The notes beneath the pieces were generated by a model, which ran no database searches, was not told the origin of the DNA, and worked only from the letters and a program-made list of their open reading frames with translations. This document shows positions 13,231 to 25,799 of a stretch of DNA of 64,000 nucleotides, one piece after another. The DNA is from the human T2T-CHM13v2.0 reference genome, Homo sapiens: assembly GCF_009914755.1 (NCBI RefSeq), contig NC_060925.1. One strand, written 5' to 3'. The translations under genes and the position numbers were made by a program. Each line of letters begins with the position of its first letter. The stretch's first letter is position 1.

Positions 13231-13468
13231 TCCAGACCCTTTCCAGAGAGATGGGGAGAGGCAGAAAGCCTAGGGTGGCAGTGGGGGGATTTGCCTTTCA
13301 GTTGGAGGAAAGCATTCTGGCCTCCCCATCTTCCCTCTCAACACCCAAGTCATTCCCCAGAAAGAAGCTCTGGAAACCTCTTCTTCGTTCCCACTGCTCC
13401 TCCAGTTCTAACTAACAATTTGGCATCCTGCCTAGGCCCTCTTTCCATTGCATTTCCTACTTAAACTA

Positions 13469-13777
<309 letters not shown>

Positions 13778-14179
13778 TGTGGGCTGATACCACACCCCCA
13801 CCCACTCTCCCTGCTTCCCTTCTTTAGAAGCAGATGCCGGAGAGCCACGGGCCATGTCATCTTCACCCACAGCCAGAGCACCGCTCTGGTCAGTGTAAAC
13901 AGATGGCCTGGATGTTTGGCCCAGCTCTGCCACCAGCTCCCAGGAGGTTCCTCGCCCTATCTGTTATCAGTTTCCCCATCTGTAAGGTGTTGGCAAGTGC
14001 TAGCCTCTCCAAAGACCCTTTCAACTGTGAGATTCTGCAATTTCTATCACTCCCTGTCTCAGCCCTGATGGCAGCTCGGGGCCTTCTCTCTCAAACAACC
14101 ATTTCCCCAGCCTCCTAGACCCTCCCTTCTCCAGCGGCCCCCCACTGCCTCTGACTCCCCAGGCTCCCGGATAAGGGGC

Positions 14180-14275
14180 CCAACTAATTACATTAGGATT
14201 TCATGCTAATTAGCAAACAATTACACGGGCAAATTGGTGCCTAATTTGGAGCAATAATGACAGCTCCATTGGCCA
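14180..14275. promoter_or_regulatory. Homeodomain/POU/MEIS motif cluster (enhancer-like)
   Basis: CTAATTA, palindrome TGCTAATTAGCA (14204-14215), CTAATT and TGACAG in a unique AT-rich island within GC-rich DNA. Confidence 0.5.
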
Positions 14276-15426
14276 AGGAACATAGCTGCAGACAAGACTG
14301 CTCCCCTGGCCTGGTCCTATCAGGGCCACTGGAGGATGGGAGCCAGCTTTCGGCTCTAATCTGAGCCAAGGCCTGCAGTTCTCCTTGTAGGATCTTTAGG
14401 CAGCTGTTTATGCTGATTACATGGTCAGCCCAGGCCTGTGCTAAGTGAAGAGGGTAGAGGAAAGGGAGGGAAGGTGAAAGCGGGGATGGAGGGGCACTAA
14501 GGCCTGCAGGGCTCGCTTCAGTGAGAAGATGGGGAAGATCTGGGGAGGCAGGGCAGAGGGACAACAGCATGGGGAAGGGGAACAGTAATTAATGTGAACA
14601 ACGGCTTGGATGCTAGAATGAGCCATAGGAACTTATGAACAGCTCCTATGGAGAAACCAGGTGGGCCAGAGCACAGGAAGGTAGGGGAGCTGAGGTCACA
14701 GAGGTATATAGGGCCAGACTGGGACTGTCATTCCAGGAAATTTAAACATTCTCCTGGAGGCCTTGGGAGCTACCGAGGCTTCAGGGTGGAAGGAGTAGAC
14801 TGTGCTGGGACTCATCTTAAACTCAGGATCTTGGATCACCAGCAGCCATCCATCCCACCTCCAGCCTGCCATGGGGTCCCATTTGGTTTGCCCTCTTAAC
14901 ATCTCTAGAACCCACCATCCTTGTTCAGGACCACAGATACCATAGCAGTAGCTGCCAGTCCTGTCCCCCCACCATTCCTGTCCGTGTTTTCTCCACGTGA
15001 CTACTCTATGGCACAAACCTGCCTCCTATTCCTCCCCTGCTTAAACTCTCAATGTCTCCCCAGTGCCCTCAGAATAAAGTTCCAACCCGCCGTAGACTGC
15101 CCAGCTTTCCCTCCCTTCTTACCTCTGCATCCACCCTGTTCCCTGGGAGCTAGACACCGTTTACAGATCGTGCCAGGCTCTTTCACACCTCCAAGCCTTT
15201 GGCCGTGCTGTTCCCTCTGCCCAGATTGCTTTCCCAGCACCCCTTTTTTGTTACCAAATGCATCCTCCCGGGCCCCCTCTTCTGCCTCCCAGATTTCCCC
15301 AGGAAGTATCAATTCTTCTCTCCCCTGGGCTCTGTTTGTAAACTCCTTCTTCTGTGGCACAGGTCACTCCGTATCAGAGCTCTTTGTACCAGGGTCTGCC
15401 TGTTCCACCCGACTTGGAGCTGATTA

Positions 15427-15775
<349 letters not shown>

Positions 15776-17043
15776 GCCTGGCACTGATTTACTTGATGTC
15801 TCCTTCACCCAGCACCAAAAGTGAATGGAGAGAGAAGACAAAGGGACAGCATAGAAACACTTTCTCCTGAGCACAGTGGGGAAACTGAGGCAGAGGCCCA
15901 GAAAAATATTTATGAACCTGGTGAATGCTTCTCTCAGAAAGGAAAGCTGGGTCAACTTCCAGCCTCTGCCCATTGGAGCCAAGCCCTGACCCCATCCCCT
16001 TTAAGGTTTTCTCCTGAAGCACCCCACCTCCACCAGCCCCCACCCTGGTGTTTTCCCCTCTGCTTTCAGTAAGTGAGATAAAGAAAGTCCCTACAGCCAA
16101 GAATTCCCAAAAAGCAAAGGCAGCTCTCATGGGGGCAGTGGCAAAGCAGACTGAACTGCAGCATGAAGGACTGTGGGCAGGCTCAAGGAAGAACCTCCTG
16201 ACCATCAGAGCTCAGGTGATCCCTAAAGTGATCCCTATGGGGAAGAGGAGGGGGCTTCACCTATCCAAGGGGTGTCGGGAAGAAGAAGCCGGGGATGGAA
16301 CACAGATCTTTCCACAGGCAGGAGGATGACCTGGCTGACTTGCCTGAGAGCTTGGTTCTCACCCGGGGGGCTGCTACTCTATCTCAAGGCCCATCGCTCA
16401 CATTAATTACCGAGAAAAAGCCAATTTCTCCTCATTTCCAGACTCCAAATGACAGTATCATTAGGCTAGTAATGTGCGGAGAAATTGTGCGTGTCTGTCT
16501 TGGAATATGTCCTGAGCCAGAATGGATGAGGGCGCCCCCAGCAGGGGTTTGTCTCCAAGACACTCCCCATGGCTGAGGGCCAGTCTCCAGAAGAGATGCT
16601 GTGCCACCAGGGCAGAGATACTCTCCCTCTCTGTTCAGTTGGCACTAACAATGGTGATTAAATCATAGCAGGCAATGGTGTGGGCAATAGCCCACAACAC
16701 AAAAACGCTGCCACACATGAACAGAGCCACTCTTGACTTACCAGGACAGGAACTCCCTGGTCTGGGCTGAACTTGAATTTGAAACCTGTCTGCTGTGCCA
16801 TGGTCCTTCCCAGTCTTGCCTGGACACTTTTCTCTGAGCTCCTATCCACCTGTGAACCAAGAGACATCTGGGCGCCATCTTGCCTCGGGGAAGGAGGAGT
16901 TGGCTGGTCCTGAACATTTTCTCTTCCCTCAGCAAACTCAGCTCCCTGGATGTGAGTGGAACACTGCCTCCTAGCCCTGAAAAAACTCGCCTCTGCTCGC
17001 AGCTCTTCACACACCTCTCCACACTCTTCATGTCTAGTGCTCA

Positions 17044-17351
17044 TTTTTTTTTCTTTTTTTTTTTTTTTTTGAGACGTAGTCTCACTCTGTCCCCCAGGCT
17101 GAAGTGCAGTGGCACGATCTCGGCTTACTTCAATCTCTGCCTCCTGGGTTCACGCCATTCTCCTGCCTCAGCCTCCCGAGTAGCTGGGACTACAGGCACC
17201 TGCCACCACCCCCGGCTAATTTTTTGTATTTTTAGTAGAGACGGGGTTTCACCGTGTTAGCCAGGATGGTCTCAATCTCCTGACCTCGTGATCCGCCTGC
17301 CTCGGCCTCCCAAACTGCTGGGATTACAGGCGTGAGCCATGGCGCCGGGCC
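17044..17351 (-). mobile_element. AluY-like element with target-site duplication GTCTAGTGCTC
   Basis: Y diagnostics (gggttcacgccattctc, ccgtgttagccaggatggtc); TSD at 17032-17042 and 17352-17362. Confidence 0.9.
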
Positions 17352-17639
17352 GTCTAGTGCTCTTTCAAACCCACTTGACACAGGAGGAAACTGAGGCCCA
17401 GAGAAGCAAGACGATTTGCCCAAGTTCAAGCCTCAGAGCTAGGCTTGACCTCCTGGTCTGCCCAAGGCCAAAGCTCAGACTGAAGCCAGAGGCCTCAATC
17501 CAATCCACGCAGTACTCTAGGCACACGACGTCCTCCGTCCCAGCTCCCGCCCTCAGAGCTGAGGTTGGTGAGGGAGAGGCAGGATGTGAAAATATAATTA
17601 TAGCTCAGTGTGATGCATGCATGACACAAAAGAGGAGAT

Positions 17640-18350
17640 CCAAAAGGTTTATCCTCCCCAGTAATCAAAGAAATGCAAATTAAAACAACAGTATAATGCA
17701 GTTTTACCTATTGAAATTAAGACAGGTTTTTGTTTTGTTTTGTTTTGTTTTTTAAAGATAGCACCAGCGTTGGTGAAAACTGCAATCTGGGCGCTCTCAG
17801 ACTCCGTTGATGAAAGGGTAAATTAGAACAACTTTTCTAGAAGGCCACTGGGCAGGAGTGTCAAGAGCTTTAAAAACAGATAGACCCTTTGGTCCCATTA
17901 ATCTACTTGGAGGAACTCAATCCAAAAAATAACCACAGCTGTTAAAAAGAACCAGGTACAAAGATGCTTATTACTGTTATTTACAACTATGAAAAATCAC
18001 AACCAACATAAATGTCTAGCAATAGAGGGTTGGTTAAATAAATTATGATATATCCATATATAAGGATATTATGCAAACATTAAAAGTCATGTTCTTGAAG
18101 AAGTTTTAATAACCTGGGCAAATGCTCACAATATAATGATACATGAAACAAAGCAGGAAAGAAAACCATACAGATAGGATGGGCTTTATTTTATAAAGAA
18201 AATGTTTCATCAGTTTGTTTGAAGAAGTCTGGAAAGAAATAAACTGAGAGTTAACCTGAGAGGATTCTGGGTGATTTTCTGTTTCAATTTATACTGTTCT
18301 GTTTCTTCCAAATCTTGTATACATTTTCAGGGGGAAATAAAAGACATTAG
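17640..18350 (+). mobile_element. Old L1 (L1ME-like) 3' fragment
   Basis: aatcaaagaaatgcaaattaaaacaaca...ggttaaataaattatgatatatccat L1 3' words. Confidence 0.7.
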
Positions 18351-18357
18351 AAATATA

Positions 18358-18361
<4 letters not shown>

Positions 18362-18391
<30 letters not shown>
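18362..18391. repeat. (TG)n microsatellite
   Basis: Direct reading. Confidence 0.95.
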
Positions 18392-18393
<2 letters not shown>

Positions 18394-18526
18394 TTGGGGG
18401 AGTAGCCCAGGATGTTAGGAGAAACAGAGACTCCTAACCCAGCCTGCTGGCAGTCAGGGAAGGCTTCCCATTGGAGGCAATGCCTGCGCTGTGTCCCACA
18501 ATGACTAAGCTTTATCCAACGGAGGC

Positions 18527-18924
18527 AGGATTGGAGTTCTAGGCTGGGGAACAGGTATGTGCAAAGGCACAGAGGCAAAAGAGATCCTGGCCTCTTCTGG
18601 AAACTCTCAGTCACTGGTGTGGCTAGGTGAGGGGACAACAGGGAGAGGATGGGGGTGGACAGAGGCCTGACCAGGGAAGGCCCAGAAGACCAGGGTGAGG
18701 AACTGACACTTTGCTCTAGGAACAAAGTGGAGCGTTGCAAAGTGTCAGCCTCTCAGCCTGATCTTCTGGGCCTTCCCTGGTCAGGCCTCTGTCCACCCCC
18801 ATCCTCTCCCTCTTGTCCCCTCACCTAGCCACACCAGTGACTAAGAGTTTCCAGAAGAGGCCAGGATCTCTCTTGCCTCTGTGGCTTTGCACATACATGT
18901 TCCCCAGCCTAGAACTCCAATCCT
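18527..18924. repeat. Long inverted repeat (arms ~18527-18714 and 18737-18924, 22-nt spacer) within an L2 remnant
   Basis: Manual reverse-complement alignment: about 10 mismatches in ~188 bp, no gaps. Confidence 0.95.
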
Positions 18925-19894
18925 CCCTCTGTTTGGGTCCTAAGCAGGGGGGTGACAGGATCTAAGCTGTGTTTTATCTTCGTGAACACAGAATGGTGAG
19001 GGGATGGGGTGTGGGAGATAGAGAGAGGCCAGATGTGGAACCTGGGCCAAGGGGGCAGCGGTGGGGAGGCTGCTGCACGTCCAGAGGAGGGAGGGTTTGG
19101 CCTGGGCTAGGCAGTGGTGGCCAAGAGAGGAGGGGCCCTTGGAAGCAGTGATTAGGAGGAGATTGGACAGGACTTGGTGATTAATTGAAGAGTGGAGGCA
19201 GAGTGGGGGGAGGGGGCCTCTGCTGCTGACAGTGACTACAGCACGCTCAGAGATTTCGATCGCAGTTTTAGGAGTGGCTTCCTCCTCCATTTCCCCTAGA
19301 TAGACAGATTTGGGGCTTCTATGATATTAGGCTGCAGAAGGTGGGAGAAGTTGACCTTGGTCCCGCCACCACACCCAGCCTGACCTCTGGCTCACCCTGA
19401 GCACCCCGCACCTTCGTCACCTCTGCACTGCCAGCCCTGGAAGGTGGGGCGGGCAACGATGAGGGAAGTCCACAGGGAGGCGAGGAAGTCCCCGGCCAGG
19501 TCCCTCCCTCAGGACACGGGCACACGCTGTCACACGCGGGGACACACATCCTCAGAGAGGGAGCACAGCCACCCACGGGGCTCTGAGAGTCAAGTCACAG
19601 GCACTGATGTATACCCAGGGGAGCTGTAAGATACAGGACTGTCACACACACAGTCACCACCCGACAGTTACACGGCCTCTGACACTGCCAGCCCCAGGCT
19701 GGGTCTCACACGCAGGCCATTATGCTCAGCCAGAGTCCCCAAGGTCCTCCCTCCTGCCCTGCCCCCCACACCCCACCCTCCTCCAGGAGGACAGGGCAGA
19801 GGGCTGGCTGGCAGAGAGGCCAGCACAGGGGGCTGGCATAGGGACCCGCAGCTCAACGGGGCAGCCCAGCCAGGAGGGAGGCCTCTGAGAAGGG

Positions 19895-19908
19895 GTTGCC
19901 AAGGCAAC
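19895..19908. promoter_or_regulatory. RFX X-box GTTGCCAAGGCAAC
   Basis: Near-perfect palindromic X-box. Confidence 0.55.
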
Positions 19909-21009
19909 AGGCTCCTGCAGAACCAACCAGAGGCTGAGATTCTCGGCTCTTATTTTTAGAAGTTGGGCCTGGGCTGGTTGGGCTGGTCAGGGGCCAGGCT
20001 CCCCTGGGCATGCCCGGGACATAGACACCAGCCTGAACGCCCTAAGGGGTTCTGGTGGGCAGCATCCAGGCTGCAGCTTCTTCCACACACTCCCAGCCCC
20101 CTTCCTGGGGCGTCATGCCCCAGGTGGGATCTTGTATTCCCTCTGTCTTCAAATACAGCCAGGGACCTACCAGCAGCACCCACCACCCACCAGACCCCAG
20201 GCCAGGGACATAGCCTGTTCGCTCTCTGCACTGCAGCCTCTGAGTGTCTGTGCTTTGATTGATGGTATCAGGGGAAGCGGGGCTTGGCCAGGCCTGTAGG
20301 GTGGTGTTGCCAGGCTTGTGTCATTGTCAGCATGAGTGTATATGTGTGTATTGCAGGGGCTGCTCTCACTCTCAACTGTGTGTGTGTGCATGTGTGTGTG
20401 TGAAGTCCCTCTTCTATGGGGCAAAACAGAAGTCTCCCTCTGGCTCAGCTCCACTCACCACTCCCCGCTAACTTCCACCCCTGCCTGGATTTCTTTAAAG
20501 TGAGAGGAAGAGGCAGAGATCTCAAGCTGGGTGGGCCTTGGTGGCCCCCCTTGTCCAGCCCCTTCCTGTGACTGAGCAGGCTTCTGAGGGGGTAGAAAAG
20601 TGGTGGCCAGGAAGGGGAGAGGCCAGGCAGGCCCAGCCCGACAGAGCCTGGGAGAGGGGTACTGGGGAATCTGGGGTGAACTGACTTTAAGGTGACTCCT
20701 CCAGCTGCCAGGGATTTCTCTGTTAATCTGGGACGGCTCTGTTTGCATCTCATTTCCCTATATTTGCATAAGAAGGGCCTGGCTGGCACCAGAGATCGAA
20801 ATTCCTGGCCTGGGTAATTGTGTGGAAAAGCCTCTGGAGGCCCAGCAGGAATCCTGGGGAAGCAGAGGCAGGGGCTGGCTGTGCTGACACGGAAGGTCCC
20901 CATCCAATCCCAGGAGCCTCCACTTCTTCCCCAGTCCCTGGTCAGGAGGGGTGGGGATGCCGGCGGAAACGGAGAGGGAGGGGTGACAAGATGAGAACTC
21001 ATTCCAATA

Positions 21010-21185
21010 TCGCTAAGAGAGTAAATTTCCAATGTTCTCATCACAAAAAAAATGTTAAATATTTGAGGAGCTAGATATGCTGATTAGCTTAATTTAATCA
21101 TTCCACAGTGTATTAAAAAATCATAACACCACTTTGTACCCCATAAATACAACCGTAATTGGTCAATTTACAGTAAGAAAAACAA
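21010..21185 (+). mobile_element. L1MA-like 3' end fragment
   Basis: tgttctcatcacaaaaaa...tagcttaatttaatcattccaca...tgtaccccataaat. Confidence 0.7.
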
Positions 21186-21829
21186 TTCGAGTCATCCTCA
21201 ACAGACCCTGGTACCCAGCATGGAGCTGGGGTGCGTACCCATTGGTGGAAATGGCCTGAACTTGGTAAGGTCAGAGTTGGGATGGGGAAGCAAAACTCAG
21301 CAACCTCTTTCCTCTCCACTCCCTCAGCGCCCACCAGTCTCGGGAGAGGGCCTGACAGGAATGACTGGGATCATATCTGGGACCTGCCACTTACTGTCCC
21401 CAGGACTCTCAGACCTGGGCAAACAAGGTCCATGCCCTGGGGTCCCATTTTAGATGACATCCTTTGGCCCTCTTCTGCATGGGGGTGAGGAATTCAAAGG
21501 TTCAGGGTCCACCTGGAGCTCCAGTCCCCTTCTAGGCCATATTCCAACCCATGACCCTGGAATTCCCTGCCCAAGGAGGCCTAAGCCAACAACCAGGGTC
21601 TATAGAGCCACTTTCCCATGTGCGTCCTTCCTCCTCAAGCCCAAAGGGTGGCTGTTTGCCAGGAGTGTGGACCTAGCAGGGATTGCAGTGTTGGGGTGCC
21701 CACCGGCATGCAGACAAGGGCCCTTATACTGCAGGATGGAGCCCAAGGTAGGATGAGAAGGGAGGTGGGCGGAGGGCTGGGGACCTCCTTTTGTGTTGTT
21801 GCCCTAGGCTCTTGAAACACTTGGGGTGG

Positions 21830-22010
21830 CTCTGACAAGCTGTTTGACCTTGGGCAAGTTACTTAACCTTCCTGTGCCCCCCAGTAGGGTTAATAATAGT
21901 ACTTGCCTCTCAGAGTTGTTATGAGGATGAACTGAGTTAATTCATGTAAAGCAATTTGAACAGTGCCTGGCACAGAGTACCAGTGCGTAAGCGTTAGCTA
22001 TTATTATCTA
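21830..22010 (+). mobile_element. MIR
   Basis: gaccttgggcaagttacttaacct...cagtgcctggcaca...agctattatta. Confidence 0.8.
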
Positions 22011-23379
22011 TTATTCTAGGATTTGGCTTTTTTTTCTCTCTCTCTCCAGCTGCAGAAGCCCCTTCTCTTTCATTTAAGAGACTGAGCAAGAAGCAGGGAA
22101 TGGGGATCCCCTCCACTTCCTCTTCCTCCTCCCTCATAGCCCAGGCCCCCTTTTCTCCTTTCCCAGCTCCTGCACCCCCAGGCCAGGATGCCAGGAGGGC
22201 AGCCAGGTCACTGGACTGAATGTCATGATTTGTTTAAAGTCTTTATTGGCTGAATGACTGAATGAGCAAGTGAATAAATGAAAAACAAGGACTGAGCGAA
22301 TAAAAGTCAGACAGAAGGCTGGACGGACTGATGGAAGAACAGACTGACAGGCAGATGCTTTGGCTTTGGGGCCCTCAGATCTGTTTCCCTGAACATTATT
22401 GTTTTCTGCCTGTTTTGATTAGATGGTGGGAGGCAGATAGGGGAGGCAGGCTCTCTGCAAGGTCAGCTGTGGCCTGGCGAGTGGCTCACCCTGCAGAAGG
22501 GGCCCCTGTGCCTGTGGCGTTAGAGGGAGAATGCCCACATGCATCCAAGTCCTTCTGTGTCCTGTAGATGTCTGAGTGTGAATGAGAGACCTTGGGACAG
22601 GCTCTATCCTGGCCTGGGGCAGTGGGGGCTGAGGGGAGAGGCTGATGAGCTTCATTACTTCCTTATTTACACCCCAGCCTACTTCTGGCGGAGCCAGGCC
22701 TCAGTGCCCGCCTGGCAGCCAGCGGGTTAGCGGTGATGGAGAGCTCCCTTGGGGCCTGTCAGCCTCCACCATCTGGCCAGGCTGGGGAAGGTGGGGGGAC
22801 CTGTCGCAGGATACCCCTCTGGGCCCTCCGGCTTGGCACTCGGCTCATCTCAGAGAGTGATGGGCAAGTGGACATGTGGGGGTGCAGCTGTGTGGGATTT
22901 TGTGTGTGTGGCCAGCCTGTGCACACACTGGCTAGGTCGGGGTGTCACAAGCAAAATGTGATGTGTTCGTATTCGTGACTGGCCATGTTTGTGTGTCTGC
23001 ATGACTGTATTCTGTGCATGACAGTGTATGTCCCAGAACGCGAGCAAAGTGCATGGGTCTCACGTCTGGGGGTTTTCCCAGGGAAGCTCAGGGTGGAGAC
23101 AAGGGTGGGGAGGGCTTGAGCCCAGTGGGGACTGGAGCTGTGGCTTTAAGAGGAAGGTGCTCAGTGAATTCCTGGCTCAGCTTTCAAGCAGGAGAAATTA
23201 ACCTCCATGTCAATCTCTTGAAAGGGGCTGAAGTCCCTGTGAGGGAAGCCAAGTCAGGCTGAGAGCATCCCTGCCTGTCCTTGAGCCCCATTCCGGTGGT
23301 GGGCAGTGGGGGGACAACTCTGCTTTCAGGCACCATCCCAGGCTTCCCAGGGAAGCGTCCCTCCCTGGCCCCAGCACAG

Positions 23380-24150
23380 AGACAGGACACATGTAAAGCC
23401 ACTCGGAAGTACAGGCACACAATTACCTAGACATGGACACTGGCACAGCGTGATCACACGTGATCCAGACACCCACATGTGTAGTCACAGATCTGCTGGG
23501 CACAGTACACGTACATATACCCAGGCATCATGAGACACTCACCTCATGCAGCCACACAGACGTATAGGCACATGCATGTTTACACACAGTAATGTGCCCA
23601 TACATGGGTGAAACACATTCTTGCAAAGATGCACATGCTTAGAGTCACATGCATGCAGACACACTTGCATGTTTTCACACACATTCTGTCCCTCCCGTGT
23701 CCCCTCCCACCCTCCAGTTCTCTCTCAGTTCAATTCTCTCCAGTTCACTCCAGTTCTCTCTCAGTCCAGGGCCCTGCTGCCGCCCTCACCCACTATGGAC
23801 AACCCTCTGAAGGGCATCACAGGAGGGTTGCATGCATATGTGACCCTATGAGTAAAAATCTGTGTGTGTCTACACGTCTGTTTGTATATGTGAGTGTCAC
23901 TGGTAGTCTGTGTGGCTCTAGCTCTGTGAAAATGTATCTTTATGACACTGTGGGTATTTTTCTGTGTATCTCTGTGTATGCTTCTGGAAGGCCCTATGTG
24001 TGTCTGTGTGTACCCGTCTGTGAATGCGAGTATGTGAGACAGTGGGGAATTTTTATATCTATATGACTGCATTCTGTGGGCCACCTCTCTAAGTATGTCT
24101 GGATGTGTATATCTCTGTGTGCATTTGCATATCTGTGCCTGTGTACATGC
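23380..24150. repeat. CA-rich then TG-rich low-complexity tracts
   Basis: Direct reading. Confidence 0.6.
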
Positions 24151-24249
24151 CTCTGCGGTCCAGGATCCACAGTCTGGCTCAGTGGGCACCCCTGCCAACA
24201 GAGGCTGTGGCCCGGGGTGGGGCCAGGCAGGACTGAACTGAATACCCTG

Positions 24250-24450
24250 GCCATTGACAGTTGTATTTACAGAGCTCCGAGTAGGAACGTAATTGCTTCT
24301 ATTAATCTTTCTCCGGTTGTTAATTGCTCACTTATCGGGTTGTGTATTATGCCGACTGTTGCTCTTAATTCGCCTCCATAGCTGCAGGTGTTTGCTGCCT
24401 TATTAACTGTTAATCGGCGCGACTAGGGATGGAGACTTAATTGGCCCCCA
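24250..24450. promoter_or_regulatory. TAAT-rich, CpG-retaining enhancer-like element
   Basis: TGACAG, six TAAT cores, E-box CAGGTG and several CpG in non-repetitive sequence. Confidence 0.55.
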
Positions 24451-25799
24451 GAGTGGGACACAGGCGGGCCAGCCGGACACTGCCAGGCTCACAGCCTGTC
24501 CCTGGAACCCTCACCTGTGGAGCACAGTTGGCTGGCCCACCGCCATCCACCAGCAGACAGCAGTCTTGCATACAGCAGTCAGAGTGACAACTGCAGAGTA
24601 TGGTCTCCATGCAGTCCTACCTCCTCCAGGAAGCCACTCAACCCCTTGGAACCCAGTTCTTACATCCCTGTCCATCACCAACAATCTTCCTCCACACAGG
24701 ATAGGAGCCAACCCCAGTTTTTAAATGAACAAGAGCCTCCAGGAATTCTGCTGCTCCTATCCAGCACACTTAAGGGGTCCCTCTCGGCTTCTGCTTGCAC
24801 AGTGCAAAGAACAGGGAACTCCCTCCATGGCACTGTTACATAGCTGCAGCAACGAGAAGGTTCTCCATACTGAGCTGACTTATTACCCCCCACACAAGTT
24901 GAAACAGAGGAGTCCTTACTGCCTACAACAGGGAAACTGAGGCTCAGAAAGGGCAAGGGGGTGGCCCCAGGGTTCCCCAGTCCTCTCTGGTAAAGGAACA
25001 GACATGTGGCTCTCCAAGCAGTTTCTGCTCTCAGTCTCCCTTCCATCCCAGTCCTGCTCCATCCCAAACACCTCAGTCCTGGAAGGTACTTCCTTAGCCA
25101 CCACCTGCTCTGCCCTGGTCTTCGGGCCTCCCAAGCTCAGCTGTCACTGCTACAGCCGTCTCAGGCTCCAGGCCTTTGGGACAAGAAAGCAAGTTTTCTG
25201 GAAACCAGTGGGCTCCCTGAGAGAGACAAGGGTATAAGGGGGAGGCGGTAGGAGGGTCCACACTCACCAACCTGACCTCCAGCTTCCAAGAAGGACAAAT
25301 AGAGAAAACAATAGTCCTCATCCTGTGCATCAAATCCAGTCTGCCCTGACATCTGGAAGTTCTTCTGGTGTCTAGTTGTCATGTCTTAAGCGGCAACTGA
25401 AGTTGATTTGCTTTGGTTGGGTTCTGAGAAGAGTTGGGCTCCAGGGAGGGAGGAAGGGAGCACCACTGAGTGCCTACTGTAGGCCAGAAAGCAGCAATTA
25501 GTGTGTGTAAAAGTGGCAACCAGTTAAACCCTCCCATCACCTGGTAAGTTAGAGATTAGTATCCCTGTTTACAGAGAAGAAAACTGAGCCACAGAGAGGG
25601 TAACTAAACTTGTCAAGGCCACACAGCCAGAAAAGGAATTGGAGTGCCAACAAGGCCTGGCATTGCTTGGGAAGCTGGGTGTCTTCAGTCAGGGATATCT
25701 GGATGGATTCATGCTAAGGGTTCAATAAGGGGACGTGGGGAAAGGGAACTGATGGTCACTGTCACAGCTCACTCATCCACCCCACATCTGAGAACATGG

